A DNA stretch of 64,000 nucleotides from an uncultured archaeon (GCA_964410585.1 CAYPFW010000001.1:68781-132780), one strand, 5' to 3'; counted from the first letter of the stretch, positions 29,401 to 38,600 are shown. Notes: a model not told the origin generated them from the sequence alone. Made by a program: numbers and translations.

Positions 29401-30895
29401 TTTACCTCTTGTGACTCAGGCACCAAACCCATCAACCGGCTTATCAACAATGTATCTTAATCCTGTAAGAGCAGTATCTCAAGGCGAACAAAGTCCAACT
29501 CTCGCTCCGCTAAGTCTTGGTATATTGAATCTTGATGGAAGCCAGTTTTTCACAGCAACATATGATGATTCATCTAAATCTTTTGTTTTAACAAACAAAC
29601 TAACAGGCCAAACAACAAGCTCTACTAGTCTTAGTGCTTCTGGAAATTGGAGAGTTGGAACAATACAAGTAGGTGGTGCCAGCTATTCTGTAATGGTTTA
29701 TCCATCATCGAGTGCATTCACAATTTTGACACAAAATCCCCAAAACAATATTAATTTGGCTGATGGTTATGTATTGTCTTTTGCCAACACATTTGTAACA
29801 GATCCAGCTACACCAATCACAGCAGAATTGAAAAATAGTGGTGGTACAGTTGTCGCAACAGTGAAATTCTTCATGGGATCAACACCAAGAGTAACAATTA
29901 CACCAACTCCTGGATATTCTTCATCAAATCCATATACTGGGGCAGTTAGTGTATCTTCTGTAACATTGGGTACACCCCAATCAACAACTACAACAACTGG
30001 TCCAACTACATCTGCTGGATTTTCTTTATCCATTGATACTGGGGAACAGCCAACAGAAGCAGAAGAAAATTTAGTTGACAATCTTGCAGATCTTTCCAAA
30101 GCAGCAGAAATGGGCAGGCTTTTGAAAATTTCCTCAAAATCTGATTTAGCTGAAAAATTGAGAACAGTTTGTGGAGATCCTCCTATTGGTGGTTTAACAG
30201 CAGCTATAGTTGGTTCAAATGAAAACAAATGGGCAGGCTGGGCTGTATATGATCCAGAAAAAATGTCTCAGTTTATATTGAACTCTAAAAAAGAATCTTC
30301 TGGTTTGGTTGGTAACTTGATTTCAAAAACACCAATTTCAGGATTTTTGACTGGGATGCAGATAGATTGGTCAACAAATCAAAAACCAAAAGACGATGTT
30401 GGATATTATAGTTGCGGGCATCCTAACAAAGCCACTCAAGACTCAACAAAGCCATGCACTATGGTGCGCAGAGGAGCGTTTTTATCTAATGCATACTCTG
30501 GTGATTCTTGCTCACCCCCTGAAAATGGTGTATGTGTAGGGAACGGTGAACCTATTGAAGCAGACGAAAGACCTCAAGGAAAATTTAAATACTATCAAAG
30601 CTGCAGTTGTGTACCAAAAGATCAGGCTCAGTGCCCTCTAGTACCTTTTATTGATTTAGAAGAAGGTAATTTGAATATAAATAGGGATTCGGATAACGAT
30701 GGCTTAAAGGATTTTGAAGAACGTATTTTCAATACTAACCCAAATGATCCAACTGATCCTATAGAAAACCCAAACAGAAATTTGGCCTTTATAATTTTGG
30801 TTGACGACGAAAACTTCGATGAAGTAAAAGAGTGTTTGATGGCATCCCTAGCACCTGGCGGAACAGTAGGTAGTGGTGGAACTGCCGTTGGTTAA
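26474..30895 (+). CDS. giant Ser/Thr-rich surface protein (1473 aa) with transglutaminase-like core and conserved C-terminal tail
   Basis: Signal peptide; GKGICREQAALLKW ... DTTHVWVRV ... DLDTTW gives a Cys-His-Asp arrangement; long S/T-rich repeats; DSDNDGLKD acidic motif; ends APGGTVGSGGTAVG. Confidence 0.8.
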   Translation: MINNVMLQCFLQKKIVFSFLFTIIVVSSVLIVRADAQGTYTYYGITFQEPLGWEKTFPFIGTFIGGEISHSQEVMYEKDGAIIFVTNGGNVLLLDKSPRTLSIGKIEGLKFVYSDPEEKIEAEGFVFDYKEKEYFITIISSTGIKEADRTVWKSLIESINFGDVGLSLLLAEDSIETKNAIQFSPEIDTDTNNEFIQNLQKDIKTVTIGGAKGKSNFDANLERTLNLEKLNARVFENGKPIEFDEKGERKDVPGLERSKNAKGLALDVVKSIYNSPNSALSYISWAFTSSDIYKIGEKNERVTKFLQELDAIEADTQLETIKQVHNLVGKYVPGYLPQEDKEDIATNSIGAAIKDGKGICREQAALLKWALDKKLGGKANYNAEVVGQDTTHVWVRVTFDGGQFDLDTTWFKTFFPLVPRDTDNWMKLFFYTDGYLFPSRNNEAKSIDSVTVKEGEIEEQTVDQETTIDQQETKSDFVRTQSPIDSFFKFISGLFTSLLGGSPTTQTQTSEPTMKEPGDSTGIFSFLTDWFKSRPPQTAPHDEQGDKKADLENKDDKKSSDKVIKSYFTSTCPNPTTDQVANEADYAEGFSTPKILDLLRISDDAKIASDSTLEIDTSSSTTTFSLASGSSLVNIKKIDVTVDGINVDLADIRLTDKSGKLLGSSKLDSSGKTTISTDFTIGSDSTSSKIDVIVDTVEDSTSTPTVTLTGKTSTDSTIKGTAVESLVQYKIKADNEDVSVKDITVSTDSSTTLDISNIILIDKDGNSIGSSVPDSSDQTPISTTLNIPSGTEELIKVKVVYKQSESSSAPVEPMQVQGTWNIYNLPNWDVISTTTQNSQQSASLSSSAEGNHFHISFGNNKYPPGYFVFYKDGGEILVYDANDPTLFCKQQTRSGDNCGDTSTDTNGVSGDGWLYWASKDGKQVSNSLKVGTPGKSPPSLITISAQIGLITAKQIFKFKQSQSGSEYTYQLESLSNLPLVTQAPNPSTGLSTMYLNPVRAVSQGEQSPTLAPLSLGILNLDGSQFFTATYDDSSKSFVLTNKLTGQTTSSTSLSASGNWRVGTIQVGGASYSVMVYPSSSAFTILTQNPQNNINLADGYVLSFANTFVTDPATPITAELKNSGGTVVATVKFFMGSTPRVTITPTPGYSSSNPYTGAVSVSSVTLGTPQSTTTTTGPTTSAGFSLSIDTGEQPTEAEENLVDNLADLSKAAEMGRLLKISSKSDLAEKLRTVCGDPPIGGLTAAIVGSNENKWAGWAVYDPEKMSQFILNSKKESSGLVGNLISKTPISGFLTGMQIDWSTNQKPKDDVGYYSCGHPNKATQDSTKPCTMVRRGAFLSNAYSGDSCSPPENGVCVGNGEPIEADERPQGKFKYYQSCSCVPKDQAQCPLVPFIDLEEGNLNINRDSDNDGLKDFEERIFNTNPNDPTDPIENPNRNLAFIILVDDENFDEVKECLMASLAPGGTVGSGGTAVG

Positions 30896-30924
30896 TATAT
30901 ATTCTAGTTTAAACAAATTATAGT

Positions 30925-31575
30925 ATGATCACCAAAAAATATCTCCCAATAATAATTCTTGTCATGGGAATAGTTTTAGTCTCAGGTTGCTCTCAACCCC
31001 CAACTAATCAAACAACAGATCAACCACAAAACACAGCTGAACCTCTAACACAACCTTCTGATGAATCGAATCCAGTAGATGAGAATCCTCCTGAAATAAC
31101 TCAACCAGAAATCAAAGAAGAACCAAAGGTTGAGCCGAAAAAAGTTGTTCCAAAGGGACATTTTGATTTTGTCAATGGAGATACATGGGAGCCAACTGCT
31201 TTTGCTTTTGGAGTCAAACTTCATCTAATAGTTGCAGGCGATGGGAAAAATTTCAATGTCCCTAAATTTTTGCCTATAAATGTCAGAATACTTCTTAGAA
31301 ATGCGATTGTCTGGTCTTATTTAATTCAAGGATCTGCTGAACAAACGTGCAGGGATGAAACAGGATGCAGCCCAGAAAACGGTGAAACTTTTGAGGCAAC
31401 AGATGATTGGAAAGTAGGTTCTTTGAAATTTATAGCAACAGACGAAGAGGGTAATCTTTTAGCATACGAAGAATATCAAGACGGAGAGTTTGTAACCAAT
31501 GGAGAAGAGGGTGTTGAGGTTGCTTCAACTGCACCGGGTGGAACTATTGGGGGAAGTGGAACAGGAGTAGGGTAG
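30925..31575 (+). CDS. Pro-rich lipoprotein sharing the C-terminal domain of the upstream giant protein
   Basis: Lipobox LVSGC; CSPENG motif; ends APGGTIGGSGTGVG. Confidence 0.65.
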   Translation: MITKKYLPIIILVMGIVLVSGCSQPPTNQTTDQPQNTAEPLTQPSDESNPVDENPPEITQPEIKEEPKVEPKKVVPKGHFDFVNGDTWEPTAFAFGVKLHLIVAGDGKNFNVPKFLPINVRILLRNAIVWSYLIQGSAEQTCRDETGCSPENGETFEATDDWKVGSLKFIATDEEGNLLAYEEYQDGEFVTNGEEGVEVASTAPGGTIGGSGTGVG

Positions 31576-31585
31576 TAGTTTATTA

Positions 31586-34228
31586 CTAAGTTAGGACTTT
31601 TGGTTTTCCTATCTGTTCTTCTATATATCTTCCTCCGGATGTTTGTTTTAATGATGGTCTTCTAAAGGCCAGCTGATGTCCTTCATCTAGATACGTTCTA
31701 GCTAAATCTATTTCTCCTCTTTCTAGATGCACGTATGCTATGTTAGCAAGAGCTGCTATCTGAACTTCTTCTGTTCCAGACTCTCTAGAAAACCGAAGAG
31801 CGTCTTGGGAATGTTCTAATAAACCGTTCAAGTTACCCCTTTGAGATTCTAAAAATGCCCAGTCGTTTTTGATAATTGCCATGACTACTCTCTTTTCTAA
31901 ACGTTCTGCTATAGAAAATGCTAGTTGATAATGTTTCTCTGCTTGTTCATAATTAGTCTCATTACTATATGTCAATGCTGTTCTATGTTGAGCATTGGCA
32001 AGATGAACAGAATCGATTGCTGGAACTCTGTTGATAATATTATTATAAAAACTTCTAGCCTTTTCATATTCTGATTTATTTAAATAACACGTTCCTAATC
32101 CGACTAGCGCATGCAAAACAAAATCCTCGTCTCCAACTTGTTCTGCTAATAGCTTACCCTTTTCAAACATTTGAATGGCTTCATCTGGATTTGTTCTCAT
32201 TACTGCTGCACCAAATCCAATCAAAGCCTGATACTCGTTTATTTGGGTCAATTCCCTCAAATCAGCGACAATTCCCAATCTTTCCTCTTGCGAACTTCGC
32301 CTCTCCTCGTGTAAGCCCATATCCCTGTATGTGTTTCCAAGTTCTCTGAGAACTTCGAGTCTTTGTCCTTTTGTGTTTAGATCATCCTTTCCGATTTTTA
32401 ATATCTCCAACGCCGTCCTCAAATGTTCTTCGCTCGTCTCAGTCTTTCCATCCTCTCTTTCCATCTTTCCAAGCTCAACCAAATAAGCGACAGCCCTTTC
32501 AGGTGAATCTGAAAGCACATACTGGTTTGCTGTGTTCAAAAGCAAGGCCTTTGTTTTTCTTTCCTTCCACTTCCTTTCAAACAGTTCTCCAAGCTCTCTG
32601 TGTATTTTTTTCTTCTCATCTGGTGGAGTTGTTTCATACAAAATGTCAAAAATCTTTTCATCAACTGCTTGTATTGTTTCCTCTTTTCCCTTTTCTTTTG
32701 GTGGTTTGGTTATCAGTCCGGCCTTACTCATTTTTTCAATTGTTTCTGGGTCCAAACTCTCGCCTGAAACTTCCTCTATATCACTCAAATAGACCCACTG
32801 TCTTCTCACATGCGAACCGACCCTCAAAAACCTGAAAGCAGAAGGCCCATATTCCTGTATTCTTCCAACTATAAGCGAGCCGAGCTCATTTGGTATTTCA
32901 GTCAATGCTGCCCTATAATCTGCTCCTGTTTCAATCTTCTGCCTTAAAGCAATTCCAATTTGTTTTGTATAAAATGGGTTTCCTTTTGTCCTTTCAACAA
33001 TCTCGCAAACTGTTTCCCCATCTAGTTTTGAAAAATGGTCTCCAAGAATTTCTTTCAAAATGCTTTCAAGGTCTTTTCTCTCAAGTGGACCAATTTCTAT
33101 TTTTTCAACTGGAAAATCAGGCTCAAATTCAGGCCTTGCTGTCAAAACATTGACTATACCAGTTGGTGAAGACCGCACAAGGTCAAGCCAGAAAGGTGGA
33201 GCCCATTGAACATCGTCTGAAAGGACAGTATTGATAATTCCTCTAACCTTGTAATAAGCTTCCATTGTTTTCATTCTTCTTACATCGGGATCAGTAGGTA
33301 TATCATATCCAGAAACACTTATCCCAAGCGGCAAAGCGATAAATGGATATTCTTCTTTCAGTCCAAGCCTTGTAAGCTTTTCTACAGTTAGGTCGTCTCC
33401 GAAAACTGTCCTATAGAAATTCCTCAAACCAGAATTTGGATCTGTCCTGTCCGGTGGACTAAATTTCAAAAGAGTATGTGGTCCAAGTGCCTTTTTCGCA
33501 GTTGCTGTTTTTCCAATTCCAGGCTCTCCAATTAGAACAACAGGCAGATCTTTGCTTGTTTTCAAATATTGTCTTATCCTGCTTATTGTTTCTGCTCTTC
33601 CAAAAAAACTATCCTTTAAAGACTGGACATCAAAAGCTGTGTGTATTTCCCTTACTGGTCTGTAAACATGAATAGGATGTGTTAATCCTTTTACTGGAAC
33701 CTCACCAAGATCCTCCCACTCAAAAAGCCTGTCTGCAAGTTCCCTTGTTCTTTGATCGACTCTAACTGTCCCCAATTCAGCCGAGCTTTCCAATCTTGTG
33801 GCAACAGACATAGGGAAGCCGTTTATGTCTGGAAGAAACCTATCTCCTTCATAGTATCCACCAAATTCTACGCGTCCTGTTGATATACCTATCCTAGCTC
33901 TCAATGTATCGCCCCCTAATCCTAGTTCCTTTCTCTTTTCCTCTATTTTTTCCTGCATCTTCAGGCTTGATCGTGTAGCAGCAACTGCTCCTTCTTTCAG
34001 ATCTTTGAGAGGCTGTTCGACATTAAATGACACAGTTGTTGCATCCCCGTCCCTTTTCAATGCAACTCCGCCATGTCTCATAGCAACTGCATTTGCTGCC
34101 CCTAAAATTTGATAAGGAACTTCCCTCATTTGATGCGTTTCTGCACCTTCAGAAAAAGTGGAGAATCCACTCATGTCTAACTTTAGTACTGTTCCTTCCT
34201 TTTGATAAATATCTAGCCTGGAGTCCAT
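31586..34228 (-). CDS. class III nucleotidyl cyclase domain - P-loop NTPase - TPR repeat signalling protein (880 aa)
   Basis: N-terminal cyclase-homology features (LDMSGFSTFSE ... ARIGISTGRVEFGG), Walker A VLIGEPGIGKT, C-terminal TPR-like repeats. Confidence 0.8.
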   Translation of the reverse strand: MDSRLDIYQKEGTVLKLDMSGFSTFSEGAETHQMREVPYQILGAANAVAMRHGGVALKRDGDATTVSFNVEQPLKDLKEGAVAATRSSLKMQEKIEEKRKELGLGGDTLRARIGISTGRVEFGGYYEGDRFLPDINGFPMSVATRLESSAELGTVRVDQRTRELADRLFEWEDLGEVPVKGLTHPIHVYRPVREIHTAFDVQSLKDSFFGRAETISRIRQYLKTSKDLPVVLIGEPGIGKTATAKKALGPHTLLKFSPPDRTDPNSGLRNFYRTVFGDDLTVEKLTRLGLKEEYPFIALPLGISVSGYDIPTDPDVRRMKTMEAYYKVRGIINTVLSDDVQWAPPFWLDLVRSSPTGIVNVLTARPEFEPDFPVEKIEIGPLERKDLESILKEILGDHFSKLDGETVCEIVERTKGNPFYTKQIGIALRQKIETGADYRAALTEIPNELGSLIVGRIQEYGPSAFRFLRVGSHVRRQWVYLSDIEEVSGESLDPETIEKMSKAGLITKPPKEKGKEETIQAVDEKIFDILYETTPPDEKKKIHRELGELFERKWKERKTKALLLNTANQYVLSDSPERAVAYLVELGKMEREDGKTETSEEHLRTALEILKIGKDDLNTKGQRLEVLRELGNTYRDMGLHEERRSSQEERLGIVADLRELTQINEYQALIGFGAAVMRTNPDEAIQMFEKGKLLAEQVGDEDFVLHALVGLGTCYLNKSEYEKARSFYNNIINRVPAIDSVHLANAQHRTALTYSNETNYEQAEKHYQLAFSIAERLEKRVVMAIIKNDWAFLESQRGNLNGLLEHSQDALRFSRESGTEEVQIAALANIAYVHLERGEIDLARTYLDEGHQLAFRRPSLKQTSGGRYIEEQIGKPKVLT

Positions 34229-34335
34229 AGCTTCCTCTAAATGTATATACTAAAAGGTAGTGTACGAAAGCTTAAATGTTTTGAAAGGAACCTAAAGTGT
34301 AAACATTTATATAGAAGTGTGTACAATAATGAAAT

Positions 34336-34647
34336 ATGAAGACAAAATTGCTTACAACCAGGATGTCAGAAGAAATGGAAAAGGATATAGATAGGCTAGC
34401 CAAGGAAGAAAATGTCCAGAAAACAGTTTTGATGAGGGAGCTTTTGACAAGAGGTTTGCAGGATTTGAAAGAAGAACACGCACTTAAACTTTATTCGCAG
34501 GGAAGGGTAACTTTGTGGAAAGCCGCAGGATTGGCTGGTCTGTCTCTCTGGGAAATTTTGGAAAAAGTGAAAGAAAAGAAAATCCCTCTTATTTATGATA
34601 TAGAAGATGCCAAACACGATATTAAAATCGTTCTGGACAATTTATGA
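34336..34647 (+). CDS. UPF0175-family antitoxin-like protein
   Basis: Small protein, 4-nt overlap with downstream DUF3368-like gene; real start may be the internal MSEEME. Confidence 0.55.
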   Translation: MKTKLLTTRMSEEMEKDIDRLAKEENVQKTVLMRELLTRGLQDLKEEHALKLYSQGRVTLWKAAGLAGLSLWEILEKVKEKKIPLIYDIEDAKHDIKIVLDNL

Positions 34648-35141
34648 ATGCTGTTAGCAATTCAACTCCCCTGATATATTTGTCAAAGTTGAACAAACTA
34701 GAAGAATTGCAAAAATTTTTTGAGAAAATTTATATTCCAGAAGCAGTGTATAGGGAAGTTGTCATAAAAGGAAAGGAGTTGAACAAACTAGAAGTTATTG
34801 TGATTGAAAAATTAATGAGCGAAAAATTTATAATTGTTGAAAAAACAAATCCAAAACTCGAAATAAAAACTTTGCATATTGGAGAATTGGAAGCTATAAG
34901 TTTGGCACAAGAGAAAAAAATACAAAACATACTTATTGACGACAAAGAAGGTGTTGAAGTCTCAAAAATTGTTGGGCTGAATCCATGGAGAACAACTGCA
35001 ATTTTATTGGGTTTATTAAAACTAAAAGTCATCAAACCAGATGAGTTCAAATCCTTGTTAATTGATCTCAGTAAATCAGGATATTTCATTTCGGCTGAGA
35101 TATTTGATTATTTAATAAGGGAATCCAAAAAGCTATTATGA
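34644..35141 (+). CDS. DUF3368 / PIN-like toxin-like protein
   Basis: N-terminal NSTPLIYLSKLNKLEEL motif typical of the DUF3368 partner of UPF0175. Confidence 0.55.
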   Translation: MNAVSNSTPLIYLSKLNKLEELQKFFEKIYIPEAVYREVVIKGKELNKLEVIVIEKLMSEKFIIVEKTNPKLEIKTLHIGELEAISLAQEKKIQNILIDDKEGVEVSKIVGLNPWRTTAILLGLLKLKVIKPDEFKSLLIDLSKSGYFISAEIFDYLIRESKKLL

Positions 35142-36571
35142 AAAATAAAAAAACAAACTTCTCTGAATGGTTTACTGAAATTTTGCAAGATGGGGAACTG
35201 TCAGACATCAGATACAATGTAAAAGGTTTTATTGTCTATAGGCCTTGGGCTACAATAGCAATCAAAAAAATGTATGCTTTGTATGAAAAAGAATTGGAGA
35301 AAAAAGGACATAAACCAGTGATCTTCCCTTCTGTTATTCCTGAAGAGAACTTCCATTTAGAGGCTTCGCATGTTGCTGGTTTCACGCCAGAGGTTTTGTG
35401 GATCACACATGGAGGCGACTCTCCACTAGAGGAAAAAATCGCATTGAGACCAACATCAGAAACAGCAATGTACAAAATGTATTCTTTGTGGATTCGTTCT
35501 TGGAAAGACCTTCCTTTGAAACTTTACCAATCTTGTCAAGTTTGGCGACATGAAACAAAGGCAACTAGACCATTTATCCGAGGCAGGGAATTCCATTGGA
35601 TAGAAACACATGATGTTTTTGCAACAAAAGAAGAAGCTGAAAACCAAGTGAAGGAGGACATGGAAACAACAGAATCTGTAATGCACAAAATATTTGGCAT
35701 CCCTTTCCTGTTTATGAAGCGCCCAGAGTGGGACAAATTTCCAGGAGCTGTCCATACATTTGCAGCAGACACAATTATGCCAGACGGGAAAATTTTGCAG
35801 CAGCCTTCCACACATTTGTTGGGCCAAAATTTCTCAAAACCATTTGGAATAAAATTCAAAACTCAAAAAGAAGAAGACGAGTTTGGATGGCAAACATGCT
35901 ACGGTCCTGCGATTTCCAGGATTTTTGCATCTGTTGTAGCTTTACATGGGGATGACAAAGGTTTGGTTTTTCCATTTGACATTGCCCCTGTGCAAATAAT
36001 TGTTGTGCCAATTTCAAGAGAAGGTGATGAAAAAGTTTTGAAAACAGCCAAAGAACTCGCTTGCAATCTTGCTGAAAAGTATAGAACAGAAATTGACCTT
36101 TCAGAAAATACTCCAGGATGGAAATTCAATCAATGGGAAATGAAAGGTGTTCCAATAAGGATAGAATTGGGGTCAAAAGAAGTAGACGCGGGCACACTAA
36201 CTCTAGCTTTCAGACATTCTGGAAAAAAGGTCCAAGTAAAAGAATCAGAAATTTTTGGCGAAATAGAAAAATTTGGAAAAGAAATCACGAAAGAGCTTGT
36301 TGAAAAGGCAGACAAATTTTTCAAGGAAAATTTGAGGGATGCCTATGAAATGGAGGACCTGGAAAAAGAGCTTGCAAAGGGTGGTCTTGTACGAGTGCCT
36401 TTTTGTTCAACTCAAAAATCAGGCCAAAAATGTGGAGAAGCAATTAAGGAAAAGCTCCACGCAGATATCAGAGGAGAGTGGATAGTTGAAAAGGCAAGGC
36501 CAGAAGCGAATAAATGTGTGGTCTGTGGCTCAAAAGCAGCGCATATGGTCTATATAGGAAAAGCATATTAA
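35138..36571 (+). CDS. proS: prolyl-tRNA synthetase, archaeal/eukaryotic type
   Basis: NFSEWFTEILQDGEL N-terminus, class II core, C-terminal zinc-binding CVVCGSKAAHMVYIGKAY. Confidence 0.9.
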   Translation: MKNKKTNFSEWFTEILQDGELSDIRYNVKGFIVYRPWATIAIKKMYALYEKELEKKGHKPVIFPSVIPEENFHLEASHVAGFTPEVLWITHGGDSPLEEKIALRPTSETAMYKMYSLWIRSWKDLPLKLYQSCQVWRHETKATRPFIRGREFHWIETHDVFATKEEAENQVKEDMETTESVMHKIFGIPFLFMKRPEWDKFPGAVHTFAADTIMPDGKILQQPSTHLLGQNFSKPFGIKFKTQKEEDEFGWQTCYGPAISRIFASVVALHGDDKGLVFPFDIAPVQIIVVPISREGDEKVLKTAKELACNLAEKYRTEIDLSENTPGWKFNQWEMKGVPIRIELGSKEVDAGTLTLAFRHSGKKVQVKESEIFGEIEKFGKEITKELVEKADKFFKENLRDAYEMEDLEKELAKGGLVRVPFCSTQKSGQKCGEAIKEKLHADIRGEWIVEKARPEANKCVVCGSKAAHMVYIGKAY

Positions 36572-36631
36572 TAGGAAGCTTATATATTAGCAATTAAACA
36601 TATTCTATAATGTTTCTAATGGAGGTTTTTA

Positions 36632-37234
36632 ATGTATAAGGTTCTAGACGTTGAGGATAAAATCCGTGTTCCTCCTGCTAAGTTTAATTTGGAATTAAAA
36701 GAAGCTATACGAGCAGCTCTTGAGGAAAAGTTAGAAGGAACAGTAAATAAGAGAATGGGAATTGTTTTATCTGTTATCTCAGTTGAAGATGTTGGCGAGG
36801 GAAAAATTTTCCCAGAGGATGGAGCAATCCACTATCCAGCCAAATTTAAAGTTGTTGTTTACCAGCCAGAAATGCATGAGCTTGTACAAGGTGAAATAAT
36901 TGAGGTCACTGAGTTTGGTGCGTTTTTGAGATTTGGACCAGTTGATGGTATGGTTCATGTGAGCCAACTAATGAACGATTTCGTGAGCTTTGACAACAAA
37001 AGCAATGTTTTCCTTGGAAGGGATTCTAAAAGAAAAGTCAAAGAAGGCGACAAGTTCAAGGCAAGGGTCATTTCAGTTTCAATGGAAGGCGACCAATATA
37101 AAATTGGTTTGACAGCAAGGCAGCCTGGTTTAGGAAACTTAGAATGGGCTGGCGAAGACAAGAAGAAAGGCGATGTAAAAGAAAAGAAAGAGGCTCCTAA
37201 GAAGGAAGAGAAAAAAGAAGCCAAGAAAAAGTAG
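36632..37234 (+). CDS. rpo7: DNA-directed RNA polymerase subunit Rpo7 (E')
   Basis: N-terminal Rpo7 fold followed by S1 domain and Lys-rich tail; GGAGGT 8 nt upstream of ATG. Confidence 0.85.
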   Translation: MYKVLDVEDKIRVPPAKFNLELKEAIRAALEEKLEGTVNKRMGIVLSVISVEDVGEGKIFPEDGAIHYPAKFKVVVYQPEMHELVQGEIIEVTEFGAFLRFGPVDGMVHVSQLMNDFVSFDNKSNVFLGRDSKRKVKEGDKFKARVISVSMEGDQYKIGLTARQPGLGNLEWAGEDKKKGDVKEKKEAPKKEEKKEAKKK

Positions 37235-37244
37235 GGTTAATCGT

Positions 37245-37323
37245 GGAAGCCGTAATTTTTTCGAGCTTGCAGGCGAAGAAAAAATAGGCTCCGTTTTTGA
37301 TTAACCTTTTGGACTAAAAGGTT
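37245..37323 (+). promoter_or_regulatory. conserved leader element, copy A (upstream of spt4)
   Basis: GGAAGCCGTAATTTTTTCGAGC...GCGAAGAAAAAATAGGCTCCGTTTTTGATTAACCTTTTGGACTAAAAGGTT then ATG; carries compensatory changes relative to copies B-E. Confidence 0.6.
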
Positions 37324-37509
37324 ATGAAAAGCGAAAAGGTTTGTAAAATTTGCAAAAGGTTTGTACAGGGCGATGAGTGCCCAATTTGCAGAGACAAAGC
37401 TTTCTCAAGATCATGGAAAGGCGTCGTCATAGTCAATGATATAAACTCAGAAATTGGCCAAACAGTTGGAGCCAAATCACCTGGGAAATATTGCATCTGG
37501 GTAAGATGA
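37324..37509 (+). CDS. spt4: transcription elongation factor Spt4 / RNAP subunit E''
   Basis: 61 aa zinc ribbon CKICK...CPICR, C-terminal GKYCIWVR. Confidence 0.7.
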   Translation: MKSEKVCKICKRFVQGDECPICRDKAFSRSWKGVVIVNDINSEIGQTVGAKSPGKYCIWVR

Positions 37510-37510
37510 G

Positions 37511-37550
37511 CCCCTTTTCTTAGAAAGAAAAGGCCCTCGGGTTCAAAAGA
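37511..37550 (+). terminator. conserved 3' hairpin element, copy 1 (after spt4)
   Basis: CCTTTTCTT-aga-AAGAAAAGG stem then CCCTCGGGTTCAAAAGAAC. Confidence 0.4.
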
Positions 37551-37591
37551 ACTACTTTACAAACATATAAACTATCAAAACATGATATTGT

Positions 37592-37673
37592 GGAAGGCGT
37601 TTAAAATTTTTTCGAACAGCAGTGAGAAAAAATTTAGCCTCCTGTTTTGGTTAAGCTTTTAGGATAAAAGGTT
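37592..37673 (+). promoter_or_regulatory. conserved leader element, copy B (upstream of rps24e)
   Basis: GGAAGGCGTTTAAAATTTTTTCGAAC...AGAAAAAATTTAGCCTCCTGTTTTGGTTAAGCTTTTAGGATAAAAGGTT then ATG. Confidence 0.6.
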
Positions 37674-37994
37674 ATGAATATAGAAATTGTACACACAAAG
37701 GAAAACCCTTTGCTAGAAAGGCAGGAAGTTGAAGTTTTAGTTAAACATGACTCTGCTTCTACTCCTAAGAGAGCAGATCTTCTAGTCGAATTAGCAAGCA
37801 AACTAAAAACAGAACAAGAACTTCTGATTTTGGAAACAATAAAAACCAACAAAGGTCAGGCTCAAACAATAGGCAGAGTTTTGGTATACCAGAAAAAAGA
37901 ATCTGTTCCAAAAGACAAGCTCGAAAAAATGCAAAACAGGATTTCTGGCAAAAAGAAAGAAGCAGCTGCACCTGCACCAAAGAAAAAAGAATAA
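37674..37994 (+). CDS. rps24e: ribosomal protein S24e
   Basis: MNIEIVHTKENPLLERQEVEVLVKH... S24e N-terminus. Confidence 0.8.
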   Translation: MNIEIVHTKENPLLERQEVEVLVKHDSASTPKRADLLVELASKLKTEQELLILETIKTNKGQAQTIGRVLVYQKKESVPKDKLEKMQNRISGKKKEAAAPAPKKKE

Positions 37995-37995
37995 A

Positions 37996-38124
37996 ATGAC
38001 TAATTCTATAGAATGTATCCAATGCGGAAAGAAAATGATTCACTACCAATGCAAAGATGTCTGCCCATATTGTGGAGCAAAACTAGATTGTTCTGATTTT
38101 GATCAGCCAGGACAAACTAAATAG
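37996..38124 (+). CDS. small zinc-ribbon protein, possibly ribosomal protein S27ae
   Basis: Unlisted 42-aa ORF MTNSIECIQCGKKMIHYQCKDVCPYCGAKLDCSDFDQPGQTK directly after rps24e (conserved archaeal synteny). Confidence 0.45.
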   Translation: MTNSIECIQCGKKMIHYQCKDVCPYCGAKLDCSDFDQPGQTK

Positions 38125-38301
38125 ATTTTCCTAAACAATTAGAGCAAACTTTCCCAGAAAAATGTTTCTGACAAACTAAAGACCCACAGAGAGAGCAGGA
38201 TAAATTTGCCCTCTTTCCACAGACCGAACACAGTCCTGATATCATACATTATTTTTTGTTCTTTTTCTTCCTATATCTTTTGATGTTTCTGTCGCTTGTT
38301 C

Positions 38302-38496
38302 TCATAAAACAGTTCCACCTCTCTTATCGTATTGTTTACCTAAACAGTTTTTGCAAAGTCTCAATGTATGGTGAAAGCAGCTCACGCAAACATTTGCATC
38401 GCACACATTGCACGAATTAAACTTCTCAGTTACCCTATTGCAAGCTGCGCAAAGTTTTGCTTTTTGTGAGCCAAATAACTCTTTGCCTTGGGCCAT
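38302..38496 (-). CDS. small Cys-rich zinc-finger-like protein
   Basis: 64 aa with 8 Cys in C-x2-C spacing. Confidence 0.4.
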   Translation of the reverse strand: MAQGKELFGSQKAKLCAACNRVTEKFNSCNVCDANVCVSCFHHTLRLCKNCLGKQYDKRGGTVL

Positions 38497-38600
38497 ATTA
38501 TTATTAATGTTTTGATATTAATAACTTAGATAAGCTGAGATGGCGGAGTACTTAATTGAGTTTCAGTTTTGTACGTATTGGTAACGCGCACGCCTGGAAA

